Made by a program: the position numbers and the translations under genes. A DNA stretch of 64,000 nucleotides from Blepharisma stoltei ATCC 30299 (Eukaryota > Protista > Ciliophora): positions 1 through 64,000 of the forward strand of contig CBFDEM010000044.1 of NCBI GenBank assembly GCA_965603825.1, given 5' to 3'. This document shows, one piece after another, positions 11,202-24,531 of the stretch. The notes under the pieces were generated by a model, which did no database searches, was not told the DNA's origin, and worked only from the letters and a program-made list of their open reading frames with translations. The number at the start of each line of letters is the position of its first letter. The stretch's first letter is position 1.

Positions 11202-13942
11202 TTATTCATCCGATGGGGATGGTGGACTTGAATCTCCAGGTATAGAAGATACTGAAATGATAGCCGGTGAATGGAATTTCTTATGAAGAGGAGACTGCAC
11301 AAGCTTCAACTCCCTTGGCCTTCTAGAAATAATCGTTTGGTCTGTAATATATTTGATTTGCTCTATATATTGTATCGACAGTGTTCTTCTATTCCCTTTC
11401 TTTCCAGACTCTCCAGATGAAGGAATCCCAGTACTTTCCTGAAGCTCCATATACATTTCAATCCACTTTCCCAAAAGTACATTGAGTCGGTTGATTTCAG
11501 TTTGCTTTCGAGCAAGCTCTTTATTGCAGAGGTCCTTGAATTTCTCCAAATAAACTTTCCAGTGGTTCTTCTCAAGTGTATAGATTGATAAATTTTCTTT
11601 CTGGATATTTATAAGACGATCAGAAAGCTCTTGGTTTTCCTGCTTTAGCAGATAATAGCTTTTATGAATCTGCACTTTGTAGATCGTTTGAATTTGCAAA
11701 TCGCTTTCAAGATTTCTCAGCTTAAATGGATCAACCTTTATTTCTTCTAATGTCCCTTTTTCTTCGCAATTTGAGTCAAAATCCTGAGACTGTTGTCTTT
11801 TCTTACATTCTGGCTGCATACAAAATTTAATAGTGCGCGCTGGCTTCATTCTTCTGACGAACTTTGGTTTGATTGTTTCTTCTCGAGGAACGCTTATAGG
11901 TTCTAATTTGCTTGCCAGGTTTACAATTTTTATATTTGTGAGATGCATTTGGTCTAAGCATGCTTCGAGCTGTTTAACTGAACTTTCTAGGTGACTTATT
12001 AGTTTGTTCTTCGAGGCCAGTTTTTCTGTAAGCATACTATACTTTCACTGGACATCATAGTAGATTCTTAATAATTCGCAGTTTGCTAAGCCGGATTGGA
12101 TCAGCTGAGTTTTTAGTTGATAAATAGTGGTTTCATTACTGATTTGACAGCCATCTACAAGGGCTTCCTGCAAAGCCTTAGTGAAATTGTTATCTGATTT
12201 TAATATATCGTCAAAAGGAGTTTCAACAGCTTCATCTACTTCAGACATAAGTGTTTTATAAGGATTATCAATTGCACTAAAGTTATCATTGCTAGCTTCT
12301 GGCAAGATTTCTCCATAATCCGACTCAGTTATAGTCTGGCCTGCAGCGATTTTATTTAGCAAATGATCCACTCTCTGACTAGATTTATTAAGGTAAAACT
12401 CAAGCATTTCGATGGTGTTCTTAAGATTTTTATTTTCATTCTTAAGATATTCAATTGAGTTTGCCTTATTGTTCTGCTTTAGCAAGAGCCTTTGATACAT
12501 CTCATAGTGTTGGCTGTCTTGAATTTCTGCCTGGATTCGCTTCTTTTTTTCATGATTTAGCTCTTCTTCAAGCTCTTTTATAGTTTTGCTAAGGCTTGTT
12601 TTTTCCTCTTGCAGATTGCCGAAGTCAGTGTTGCATTGCATATATCCTTCCACAAGATTTGAAAAAGTTGCGCCTTTTCCCGGTCAGCAGTGGCTTGAAT
12701 TGTCGCTTTCTGAATAAGGAGAAGTAGGCATCTCGTCAGCCATTAGAGTAGTAAGGTTTTTAACTATGAGACAACTAGATCTCATGAGTAATTCATCTTG
12801 CTCATTAGTCAGCTTTTGGTTTTCCTCACTTAAGTTTTGGACCTTCTGTCGTAACTCATTTATAATCTGAGCATAAGCTGCAGAAGATTTTTTGATATTT
12901 GGCTTCGCTTTGTTTTTTATATTTTTGACTCTTTGTGCAAACTTAAGAGTGCTCATTGCTACTTCAACGTTTTGAGGGTGAGGACTGCAGCTGACGATAA
13001 GTGTTGTTTTGTAGTTTCCCCCGAGGGATTCTTTAAGAAGCCTTGTCAATTTTGAGTCCCTGTAGGGAATAAAATCTGCCTTGCTTGACAAAGCGTTGAT
13101 GACATTGCCGAGACAACTCAGTGATAAATTTATTTTTTTAGCTTCTTCCAGTTTTTCTCCAGTTTTTCTCCAGTAACTCCTGACTCTTTTACTTTTTCGC
13201 TTCCAGCAAGGTCGATAAAGTTCATAACTCCTCGTTTTTCGGTGTCATCCGGCAACTTTTGGTCAACTTCCAAAACAAAAAGCTGATGACTTCTTGAGCT
13301 GACTTGATTTAGCTTGGTTGAAGCCACAGTTCGCTTACTTTCAGCAAGAGCAATTACATTCATTAGTTCCTCTTCACAGACTACATAAACTTCTTTAAGT
13401 CCTTGGACAAATACGCCTTTCCTTGGGCCTTCTTTTATTTTAAGTTTGGCACCGGAGTTCGAAAGCAGATCTCTGAGGCTTTCTTTATAAATTTCTATAA
13501 TAGAACACTTCAAGGAATATTCTATTTCTCTGTTTGACTCTTGCAGCTTGCTGAAAATTAGATTCGTTGCTCTGGGGATAATACCTTTTGTATCAGAGTC
13601 ATAGATGTTTAAGCCCATCATAGTATAAGACTTGCCTGAGCCTGTCTGCCCATAGGCAAAAACGGTGCCATTATAACCTGATAATATGTCTTCAATAATT
13701 GGTTTACCAACAACGTTGAAAATTTCCTCTTGGGAGGTAGTTGGTGGAAAAACACCGTCTAATGTATAAGAATCAGCATTATCAAGCGATTTTTTGACCA
13801 TGACAGTTGAGGGGTTTGGGTAGACATAAAGATCCGTTTCATCGTTTTGGAACGGATCAATCAGTGGCCTAAATCTAGCATATGCTTTAATTCCTATGTT
13901 TTTGTCTTTTCCAATAGCTTGAACATAACCTCTTCGACTCAT
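11202..13942 (-). pseudogene. Kinesin B copy 1, frameshifted by an 11-bp tandem duplication
   Basis: Length is 2741 nt, equal to the intact paralogue (2730) plus 11. TCCAGTTTTTC is repeated at 13147-13168, giving TAA at 13130. The UGAs at 12684 and 12045 are shared with the intact copy. Confidence 0.8.
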
Positions 13943-14419
13943 TTACATATATTAATAAAAAAATGCTTCAAGCAGTTCACATTAGAAATGGCTTCTCTTT
14001 TTAATTACTTAAAAAAAATCTGCTTGAGTCTTTAAACATTTAGCAGTGGAAATGTCTTTGCAGTTATTAGCTTTTTAGTGCTATAATGATGCAGAAAATA
14101 CGAACAAAATATTAATAACATATTTGGAGCACTTTTCGATTAGTTAAAAAATTATATAGTTTATCTTATAATTTAATTAGGTTTGTGCTACTCTAATACT
14201 AAGAAGATAATTTACACATAGGTGCTTTAATTGCAAGAATTAACAATGAAAGCCGTTTCTATAATGCTCTTATTGTGGCAGTAATATTTTAATTTCGAAT
14301 TTTACCGATTTTTATTTTCAGATTAAAGAAGGTTTTAATTTAAGCGCATCCTTATTTCAGGCGGGTAATTTTTATAACTCGAGAATTTTGAAAAGTTCGC
14401 CTCATTTCCAGCCCCAAAG

Positions 14420-14859
14420 CTTTAATATCCAGCTTCAGATGAAGGAGAAATAGGGATCTCGTCATAGTTGGAGAAGAAGAGCTTTGAAACGTGAGAAAAC
14501 TTAATTTAATCAGAATGCAATCATGCTTTTTAAGCAGGCTTTTGCTTTCCTCTTTTAGGCTTTAGATTTTCTCTTCGAGGGCCAGGGTTACAGTTGACGA
14601 ATAAGCGTGGTTTTGTAGTTTCTCCGAGGGATTCTTGAAGAAACCTTGTCAGTTTGGAGTCCCTATAAGAAATATAGTCTATTGTCTACTTTAGTTTCAG
14701 TTTTTCTGACGACTTTTTGATTCGATAATTAAGGGGTTTGGGAGAGTATAATCCGCTACTTCATTTTGGAAAGGATCAATTAGCGGTCTGAACCTCACAT
14801 ATTCTTTGTTTTTAAACCCTTTTCTTCTCTGATAGATTAGTAGAGCCTATGTTACTCAT
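14420..14859 (-). pseudogene. Kinesin C remnant, copy 1
   Basis: Patches matching the kinesin start (ATG at 14859, RFRPLIDPF region) and the RDSKLTR..ESLG..KTTL region, with large deletions and frameshifts. Confidence 0.8.
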
Positions 14860-15310
14860 CTTATAATTAATTAAAAAAAATTTACAAAACTAACATTAGA
14901 AATGTCATTTACTTGCTTTATTCGAGTGAGTTTTAGAGATTTTAAAATTCATTAGGTGAAAAATCTTTATCTGATGCTTACGCAGCCTAGAATACTAAAA
15001 AGTAAAAGACTAAGGAAAAATATTTTAAGACAGTTCTAAAGAATTTTTCTATAAGGGACTAATTTTTAAATAGCTCTTTTACTTTAATACATAGGCATGG
15101 AAGGATAAATCAATAATGATTCTTACTATATATGCCTAAAAGAAGGGTTTTTTATTTATTGAAATTGATTTGAGATATCTTTCAAATTTTTATACTTTGC
15201 TATGAGATAACTCCTGCAGATATAAAAATTGTTCTTTTTATTGATAAAATCATATCAATGCTCTTCTTAAAATACAAAAATGGCATTTGAAGTCTATTAA
15301 ATAACTAGTT

Positions 15311-16006
15311 ATGATAATAACAGTTATCGAAGAGGAAGATTCAGGGTCATCTGACTCCAACCAACAAGAAACACAATTTTCCAATCTGAGGATAGTTCCA
15401 ATGCTGATACAGTAGAAGATCAAGAAAAATTCACCGGAGAAAGTCTAACTCATCAAGACAGCATAAAAAACTTGCATAAGTTCAGGTCTGAAGACTCAAG
15501 GCGAGATTCTATTGGCAAGCCCTCAAAATCCCAGCAGCTTGAGTTTCCATCACTTGTCAAAGGCCTAGATCTTGACTTAAGTCATCATAAGATGATGGAC
15601 CTACAACAAAAATCGAGCCTTCCTCATAAAGACTCAGGATCTCTTCCAAGAGGGAGGGGATGACAAGGAGCGAAATGATGCTAGAAAGGGATTCATATGA
15701 CTGTCTAAGCGATTTTGAGGATCCAGCTGGCAGATCTTTTTATTCATTAGACAAAAGCCTCACAAGCAATATAGGCCAAGGTGGAGCCACTTCATCAAAC
15801 TTCACAAAGAAGCCGTCTATAGAGGCCAATGAAACATTAAATAAGATAATCCAATCAACAGGCAGGATGATCCAAAAAGCATGCTTTTCACAGTCATCGA
15901 AAGACGCCCAGATGATGGAACTACCAATAAGCATAGGTTTTGGTAGAGAATTGGGCTAAAAGAAAATAAAGACAAAGACTCTCAATGGTACGCTTTAGCA
16001 CTCGAT
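15311..16006 (+). pseudogene. Truncated, frameshifted 5' copy of the gene at 24532..25983
   Basis: Near-identical to 24532-25266, with deletions near 15364 and 15655. Cut at the duplication junction. Confidence 0.9.
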
Positions 16007-16535
16007 AAAAAGACAAGCTGCCTCTTATAATTATCTCCATCACCGATGTCTTCAACAATCATATCGTGTATTCTACACACCAATGGCTTTTCTCCAGTTT
16101 CCTCAGAGGTCATGAATGGAATCTCTGAACTTAATCACAGCGGAAGGAAAAATTTTAGTGCAGCTTCGGTGAATTGATATTGAAGTGCTCCGATATTCTC
16201 TTTGTTATATAAATCTGATAGAGAAATAAGCAGTAGTCTTGAAACTTCAGCCTGAGATAGAATTTCGTCTTGCCCTCATGTGTTGTGTATTGTCATGATT
16301 TTTCTGGTCCTAATGGAATAATAAAGACACCATAGGAATTTTGAAATAGCACTTCGTTGTCAATAGAGTCCATCAATTTCATCTGGCAAATTGGGGATCC
16401 TTCTGAGATGGCTTCATAAATAAACATGTCTAATCTCTGTCCAAGTGAAAGGGGAATGCAAGAATTCTGGGAGAGTATTCCTGGAAGACTGATAGCTCAG
16501 CCACTGGAAAGCTTAATGATAGTAGTGTGTTCCAT
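16004..16535 (-). pseudogene. Truncated 5' copy of the methyltransferase gene
   Basis: Matches 6891-7423. ATG at 16535, 1-bp deletion near 16272, cut at the junction. Confidence 0.9.
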
Positions 16536-16712
16536 TTATTTAAAGCATTATTTATCATGCTTTACAGAGATCGTTATAACCTTTCTTTAAATTTATAAGA
16601 ATTGGATATATAAGTCAGTCATTATATAAAATTAACTCTCTTATAATAAGATCCTTGTCTTAAATATTTAAATTATTCTAGAAAATAAATGTAAAGGATT
16701 TATATTTGCTAT

Positions 16713-19406
16713 TTATTCTTCCGATGGGGATGGCGGACTTGTATCTCCAGATATTGAGGATACTGAAATTATAATTGGAGAGCGAAATTATTTATGCAGA
16801 GGAGACCCTGTAAGCTTCAGCAATCTAGGTTTCCTTGAAATAATTGTTTGTTCAGCAAGATATTTGAACTGCTCCATGCACTCTATTTATAGAGTTCTTT
16901 TTTTCCCTTTTTTTGCACATGCCCCGGATAAATGAATTCCAGTAGTTTCCTGAAGTTCCATATAAATTTCAATCCACTTTCCCAAGATCGCATTTAGCCT
17001 GTTAACTTCGGCTTGCTTTCGGGCAAGCTCCTTATTGCAAAGGTCTTTGAATTTTTCCAAATAGACTTTCCAGTGATTCTTTTCAAGTGTATAAATTGAT
17101 AAGTTTTCTTTCTGGATATTTGCTAGACGAGCAGAAAGTTCTTGATTTTCTTGCATAAGCAGATCATAACTTTTATGAATCTGCTGATGATAAATTGTTT
17201 GGATCTGCAAATCACTTTCAAGGTTTCTCAGCTTGAACGTGTCAACCTGAATTTCTGTAAACCTGCCGTTATTTTCACAGTTTGAATCAAAATTCTGCGA
17301 ATTTTGTCTCTTAAAAGCGCTCATTTGATGCATACTTGCTTTAAATGTATTTGCTGTCTTAATTTTTCTAACGAACTTAGGCTTAACAGTTTCATCTCGA
17401 GGAGTGCTTCCAGTTTCTATTTTATTTGACAATTCTACGATTTTAATGTTTGTACTATGCATTTGGTCTAAGCAAGCTTCAAGCTGCTTAACTGAGTTTT
17501 CTAAATGACTTATAAGCTTATTCTTCGAGTTTAGTTTTTCTGCTAATATATTATATTTACATTGAGCATCATAGTATATTCTGAGCAATTCACAATTTGC
17601 TAAGCCAGATTGAATTAACTGGGCTTTTAACTGGTAAATTGTACTCTCATTACTGACTTGGCAGCCATCTCCTAAAGCTTCTTGCAAAGCTTTAATAAAA
17701 TTTTCATCTGATTTTAATATATCATCAAAAGGAGTTTCTATTGTTTCTTCTACTTCTGATATAAGTGTTTTATAAGGACCATCAATTGCGCTAAGCGCAT
17801 TATCACTAGTCCTAGGCGAGATATCTAAATAATCTGACTCAGTTATAGTCTGGCCTGGCTAGATTTCTGCAGATAAAACTCAAGCATTTCAATTGTGTTT
17901 TTTCGGTTCATATTTTCCTCTTTAAAATACTGCATTGAGTTCGCTTCATTGTTCTGCTTTAGCAAGAGCTTTTGGTACATCTCATAATGCTGATTTACTT
18001 GAATTTCTGCCTAAACTCGCTTTCTTTTTTCATGACTAAGTTCTTCTTCAAGCTCTTTTATTGCTTTAATGAGGCTCTTATTTTCTTCTTGTGAGGCACT
18101 AAAGTCACTGTAGCAATAGCCTTCTACAAGATTTGAAAAAGTTGTGCCTTTTCCAGAACAGGAAACACATGAGCTATCATTTTCTGAGTGCGGTGAAAGA
18201 GACATCTCGCCCACATTAGGAGAGGAACAGCTTTGGACAATAAGACAATTTGATTTCATCAATATGTCATTTTCATGCTCGTCTAAAAGCTTTTTGTTTT
18301 CTTATTTCAGGCTTTGGATCTTGTGTCGAAGTTCATTAATAATCTGACTATAAGCTGCAGGAGATTTTTTAATGTTGAGTTTCACATTGTTTTTTATATT
18401 TTTGACTCTTTGTGCAAACTTAAGAGTGTTGATTGTTACTTCAACATTTCGAGGGTCAGGGTTACAGTTGACAATAAGTGTGGTTTTGTAGTTTCCTCCG
18501 AGGGATTCTTGAAGAAGCCTTGTCAGTTTAGAGTCCCTATAGGGAATAAAATCTGCTTTGCTTGAAAGAGCATTAATGACATTGCTAAGACAACTCAGTG
18601 ATAAATTTATGTTTTTAGCTTCTTCCAGTTTGTTTCCAGTAACTCCTGACTCTTTTACTTTTTCGCTTCCAGCAAGGTCAATAAAATTCACAATCCCTCG
18701 CTTCTCTGTATCATCAGGTAATTTTTGATTTACTTCTAAAACAAAAAGCTGGTGGCTTCTTGAGCTCACTTCGTTTAGCTTGGTTGAAGCCACAGTTCGC
18801 TTACTTTCCACAAGAGCAATTATATTCATTAGTTCCTCTTCACAGACTACATAAACTTCTTCAAGTCCTTGAACAAATGCGCCTTTCTTTGGGTCCTCTT
18901 TTATCTTAAGCCTGACGCCTGAGTCTGAAAGGAGATCTCTTAGGCTTTCTTTATAGATTTCAATAATTGAGCACTTCAAGGAATACTCTATTTCACAGGT
19001 TGATTCTTGGAGCTTAGTAAAAATTAAATTGCTTACTCTTGGGATAATTCCTTTAGTTTCAGGGTCATAAATATATAAGCCCATCATAGTATATGATTTG
19101 CCTGACCCTGTTTGCCCATAAGTAAAAATAGTGCCATTAGCCTGTCAAAATATCATCAATTATGGGTTTACCGACAACCTCAAATATTTCTTCTTGGGAA
19201 GATGCTGGTGGCAAAACGCGGTCTATTGTAAAAGTTTCAGCATTTTCTGACGATTTTTTGATAGTGATAGTTGAGGGATTTGGGTAGGCATAAATACTAT
19301 TTTCATCATTTTTAAAGGCATCAATTAGTGGCTTAAACCTTGCAATTGCTTTAATTTATAGGCCTTTGTCTTCCCTGATGGTTTGGATAGAACTTCTTCG
19401 ACTCAT
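16713..19406 (-). pseudogene. Kinesin A copy 2 (A'), multiply inactivated
   Basis: Collinear with 7605-10334. TAA at 18302 (GAA in A), TAG at 18011 (CAG in A), TAA at 16887, a ~34-bp deletion near 17856 and indels near 19138-19195. Confidence 0.92.
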
Positions 19407-20145
19407 TTTATAGTTAATTATTAAAAAGATATATTTTATAGTTCATATTGGAAATGCTTTAATTTTTTTATCTCAGTAAGTGTTATATTTAGGACTTTAA
19501 ATAATTAGAAGCTGGAAATTTATCTGCCCTTGTATAGCAAAGCTTATCTGATGCCAAGGAATGAAAAAAAAACTTGCATAAACAGATTTTAAATATATTT
19601 TAGAAAATTATCAAGATGATTATGTATGATATAATTTATTTAATAATTTTAATTTAAGCTAAAATTAAAAAAAATTAATAGGCTTTTAGCTATAGATCAT
19701 TAAGTGATAGTCGGTTATGCAAAATTGAGCATTAAATTAGGATTTTAATAATCTTACCAAATCTTTACATTTAGCCTATGAAAATTTTATAAAATGCAAG
19801 CCTATGCTATTTCATTATGGAATTTTCAATATGTCTTTTTCTTAGTGAACAATATAAAGATGGCTATAAATTTTAAGCCTAGCTCCATCAGTAATTGTGA
19901 ATAATTTAGTATAAGTCAAACTGCATCATCTTAGATAAGAATCTTTTATTTAAGCCTTAAAAATGCACAAATTATAGTGTAGCTTGTAAAAATTAAAGAT
20001 CTGCTTAAAAATATTCGATTTTATCAAAATCTCGATACATATTTCGTTTTATGTATCTTAACTGAATCTATTTACTATTTAGCAAAAGCAAACACTATTA
20101 TCTAAGAGGGAAAAAAATTATATATAAATTTTTTATATTAGCAGT

Positions 20146-22875
20146 TTATTCATCCGATGGGGATGGTGGACTTGAATCTCCAGGTATGGAAGATACTGAA
20201 ATGATAGTCGGCGAATTATATTTCTTATGAAGAGGAGACTGTAAAAGCTTCAACTCCCTTGGTCTTCGAGAAATAATCGTTTGCTCTGTTATATATTTGA
20301 TCTGCTCTATATATTGTATCGACAGTGTTCTTCTATTCCCTTTCTTTGCAGGCTCTCCAGATGAAGGAATCCCAGTGCTTTCTTGAAGTTCCATATACAT
20401 TTCAATCCACTTTCCCAAGAGTACATTAAGTCGGTTGATTTCAGTTTGCTTTCGAGCAAGCTCTTTATTGCAGAGGTCCTTGAATTTCTCCAAATAAACT
20501 TTCCAGTGGTTCTTCTCAAGTGTATAGATTGATAAATTTTCTTTCTGGATATTTATAAGACGATCAGAAAGCTCTTGGTTTTCCTGCTTTAGCAGATCAT
20601 GGCTTTTATGAATCTGCACTTTGTAAATCGTTTGAATTTGCAAATCACTTTCAAGATTTCTCAGCTTAAATGGATCAACCTTTATTTCTTCTAATGTCCC
20701 TTTTTCTTCGCAATTTGAGTCAAAATCCTGAGACTGTTGTCTTTTCTTACATTCTGGCTGCATGCAAAATTTAATAGTGCGCGCTGGCTTCATTCTTCTG
20801 ACGAACTTTGGTTTGATTGTTTCTTCTCGAGGAACGCTTATAGGTTCTAATTTGCTTGCCAGGTTTACAATTTTTATATTTGTGAGATGCATTTGGTCTA
20901 AGCATGCTTCGAGCTGTTTAACTGAACTTTCTAGGTGACTTATTAGTTTGTTCTTCGAGGCCAGTTTTTCTGTAAGCATATTATACTTTCACTGGACATC
21001 ATAGTAGATTCTTAATAATTCGCAGTTTGCTAAGCCGGATTGGATCAGCTGAGTTTTTAGTTGATAAATAGTGGTTTCATTACTGATTTGACAGCCATCT
21101 ACAAGGGCTTCCTGCAAAGCCTTAGTGAATTTGTTATCTGATTTTAATATATCGTCAAAAGGAGTTTCAACAGCTTCATCTACTTCAGATATAAGTGTTT
21201 TATAAGGATTATCAATTGTGCTAAAGTTGTCATTATTAGCTTCTGGTAAGATTTCTCCATAATCCGACTCAGTTATAGTCTGGCCTGCAGCGATTTTACT
21301 TAGTAAATGATCCACTCTCTGACTAGATTTATTAAGGTAAAACTCAAGCATTTCGATGGTGTTCTTAAGATTTTTATTTTCATCCTTAAGATATTCAATT
21401 GAGTTTGCCTCATTGTTCTGCTTAAGCAACAGCCTTTGATACATCTCATAGTGTTGGCTGTCTTGAATTTCTGCCTGGATTCGCTTCTTTTTTTCATGAC
21501 TTAGCTCTTCTTCAAGCTCTTTTATAGTTTTGTTAAGGCTTATTTTTTCCTCTTGCAGATTGCCGAAGTCAGAGTTACATTGCATATACCCTTCCACAAG
21601 ATTTGAAAAAGTCGCTCCTTTTCCTATTCAGCACTGGCTTGAATTGTCGCTTTCTGAATAAGGAGAAGGAGGAATCTCGTCAGCCATTGCGGTAGAGGAG
21701 CTTTGAATTATGAGACAGCTAGATTTCATGAGTAATTCATCTTGCTCATTAATTAGCTTTTGGTTTTCCTCGCTTAAGTTTTGGACCTTCTGTCGTAACT
21801 CATTTATAATCTGAGCATAAGCTGCAGGAGATTTTTTGATATTTGGCTTCGCTTTGTTTTTTATATTTTTGACTCTTTGTGCAAACTTAAGAGTGCTCAT
21901 TGTTACTTCAAAATTTCGAGGGTGAGGACTGCAGTTGACGATAAGTGTGGTTTTGTAGTTTCCTCCGAGGGATTCTTTTAGAAGTCTCGTCAATTTTGAG
22001 TCCCTGTAGGGAATAAAATCTGCCTTACTTGACAGAGCGTTGATGACATTGCCGAGACAACTCAGTGATAAATTGATTTTTTTGGCTTCTTCCAATTTGT
22101 TTCCAGTAACTCCTGACTCTTTTACTTTTTCGCTTCCAGCAAGGTCGATAAAGTTCATAACTCCTCTTTTTTCGGTGTCATCAGGCAACTTTTGGCCAAC
22201 TTCCAAAACAAAAAGCTGATGACTTCTTGAGCTGACTTGATTTAGCTTGGTTGAAGCTACAGTCCTTTTACTTTCAGCAAGAGCAATTACATTCATTAGT
22301 TCCTCTTCACAGACTACATAAACTTCTTCAAGTCCTTGAACAAATACGCCTTTTCTCGGGTCTTCTTTTATTTTAAGTTTGGCACCGGAGTTTGAAAGCA
22401 GATCTCTGAGGCTTTCTTTATAAATTTCTATAATAGAACACTTCAAAGAATATTCTATTTCACTGTTTGACTCTTGCAGCTTGCTAAAAATTAGATTCGT
22501 TGCCCTGGGGATAATTCCTTTTGTATCAGAATCATAGATGTTTAAGCCCATCATTGTATAAGACTTACCTGAGCCTGTTTGCCCATAGGCAAAAACGGTA
22601 CCATTATAGCCTGATAATATGTCTTCTATAATTGGTTTACCAACAACATTGAAAATTTCCTCTTGGGAGGTAGTAGGTGGAAAAACACGGTCCAATGTAT
22701 AAGATTCAGTATTGTCAGGTGACTTTTGGACCATGACAGTTGATGGGTGTGGGAAGGCATAATATTGAGTTTCATCGTTTTGGAACGGATCAATCAGTGG
22801 CCTAAATCTAGCATATGCTTTAATTCCGATGCCTTTGTCTTTTCTAATAGCTTGAACAGAAGCTTTCCTACTCAT
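20146..22875 (-). CDS. Kinesin B' : kinesin-1-like motor plus coiled coil; intact, 909 aa with two UGA-Trp codons
   Basis: ORFs 21628..22875, 20989..21597 and 20146..20979 are in frame and joined by UGA. P-loop, SSRSH and DLAGSE are intact. Confidence 0.92.
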
Positions 22876-23369
22876 TTACGTTTATTAATAAAAAATGCTT
22901 CAACTAGTTCACATTAGAAATGGCTTCTCGTTTAATCACTTAAAAACATCTGCTTGAGTTTTTAAACATTTAGCAATGGAAATGTCTCTGCAAGTATTAG
23001 CTTTTTAGTGCAATAATGATGCAGAAAATACAAACAAAATATTAATAACATATTTTAGATAAATTTGGAACACTTTCGATTGTTTATAAATTATATAGTT
23101 TAACTTATAATTTAATTAGGTTTGTGCTACTCTAATACAAAGAAAGATAATTTACACATAAGTGCTTTAATTATGAATATTAATAATGAAAGCCTTTTTC
23201 TTTAATTCTGTTTCATTTTGATAGAATATTTTAATTTTTAAATTTTACCTATTTTATATACAGATTAATTAAGATTTTAATTTAAGCACATCCTTATTTC
23301 AGCTGGGTAGTTTTATAGCATGAGAAGTTTAAAAAATTCGTCTCATTCCCAGCCCCGAGACTTGAATAT

Positions 23370-24083
23370 CCAGCATCAGATGAATGAGAAATAGGATTTC
23401 GGCACCAGTTGGAGAAGAAGAGCTTTGAAGCGTGAAAAAACTTTTAATCAGAATCCAATAACGCTTTTCAAGCAGACTTGGCTTTCCTCTTTTAGGCTTT
23501 GGATTTTCTCTTGAAGTTCATTGCTAATCTTATTTTAAGCTGCAGGAGATTTTTTGGTATTGGGCTTTACTTTGTGTTTTATATATTTGATTCTTTGTGA
23601 AACACTTAGGAGCGATAATTGTCACTTAAAGATTTTGAGGGTCAGGGTTACAGTTGACAATAAGCGTGATTTTGTAGTTTACTTCGAGGGATTCTTGAAG
23701 AAGCCTTGCCAGTTTGAAGGCCCTATAGGAAATATAGTCTGCTTTCCTTAAAAGAGCATTAATGGTATTGCTGGGACAACTGAACCTATTTGCCCATAAT
23801 CAAAAACAATGCCATTATAGCTCATAAAAATATCTTCAATTATGGATTTCGTAAGAGTTTCAGCATTTTCTGCTGACTTTTTGATTTTGATAGTTAGTGG
23901 GTTTGGAAGAGTTTAAAGATCCGTTACTTCATTTTTTAAAGGATCAATTAGCGGTCTGAGCCTCACATATTTAATTTTTAAGCCCTTTTCTTCTCTGATA
24001 GATTGAGGACACCCAAAAAATGGAAATTTTATACGTGTTGTTCAAATTTAAAAGAGGGAGAGAGTAGAGCCTATGTTACTCAT
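23370..24083 (-). pseudogene. Kinesin C remnant, copy 2
   Basis: Homologous to 14420-14859 but keeps more motor sequence (NGIVFDYGQ, NTINALL and KLARLLQES patches). Many indels. Confidence 0.8.
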
Positions 24084-24531
24084 CTTATATTTAATTTACA
24101 AAAAAAGATTATACAACTAACATTAGAAATGGCATTTAATTGCTTTATTCGAGTGAGCTTTTGGAGATTTTAAAAAATTATTAGGTGAAAAATCTCTGTC
24201 TGATGCTTATGCAGTCTAGAATATTTAAAGTAAAAGACTGAGGATAAATATTTTAAGGCAGTACTAAGGAATTTTACTATAAGGGACCTTTGCTCCTAAT
24301 TTTTAAATAGCTCTTTTACTTTAATACATAGGCATGGAAGGATAAATCAATAATGATTCTTACTATATATGCTTAAAAAGAAGATTTTCTATTTATTGAA
24401 ATTAATTTGAGATATCTTTCAAATTTTTATAACTCCTGCAGATATAAAAATTGTTCTTTTTATTGATAAAATCATATCAATGGTCTTTTTAAAATACAAA
24501 AATGGTATTTGAAATCTATTAATAACTAATC

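Larger units (their letters stand above)
6891..16006. repeat. Tandem segmental duplication, copy 1 (~9.1 kb)
   Basis: Collinear with 16004-25266 across genes and intergenic DNA: 5' half of the methyltransferase, kinesins A and B, kinesin C remnant, 5' half of the coiled-coil gene. Confidence 0.93.

Noticed and set aside
13147-13168. The 11-bp extra sequence as an intron or retained IES
   Set aside because: No GT-AG or TA boundaries, too short, and an exact tandem copy.
20989-20991. UGA=Cys (Euplotes-type), suggested by VQ*KY in kinesin B against VQCKY in kinesin A
   Set aside because: This is one non-conserved coiled-coil site, explained by a single TGC/TGA change. Invariant Trp positions elsewhere outweigh it.
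23554-23751. Plus-strand 65-aa ORF and other short antisense ORFs (e.g. 37888, 42829, 43666, 44578)
   Set aside because: They are shadows of real genes or pseudogenes on the opposite strand.
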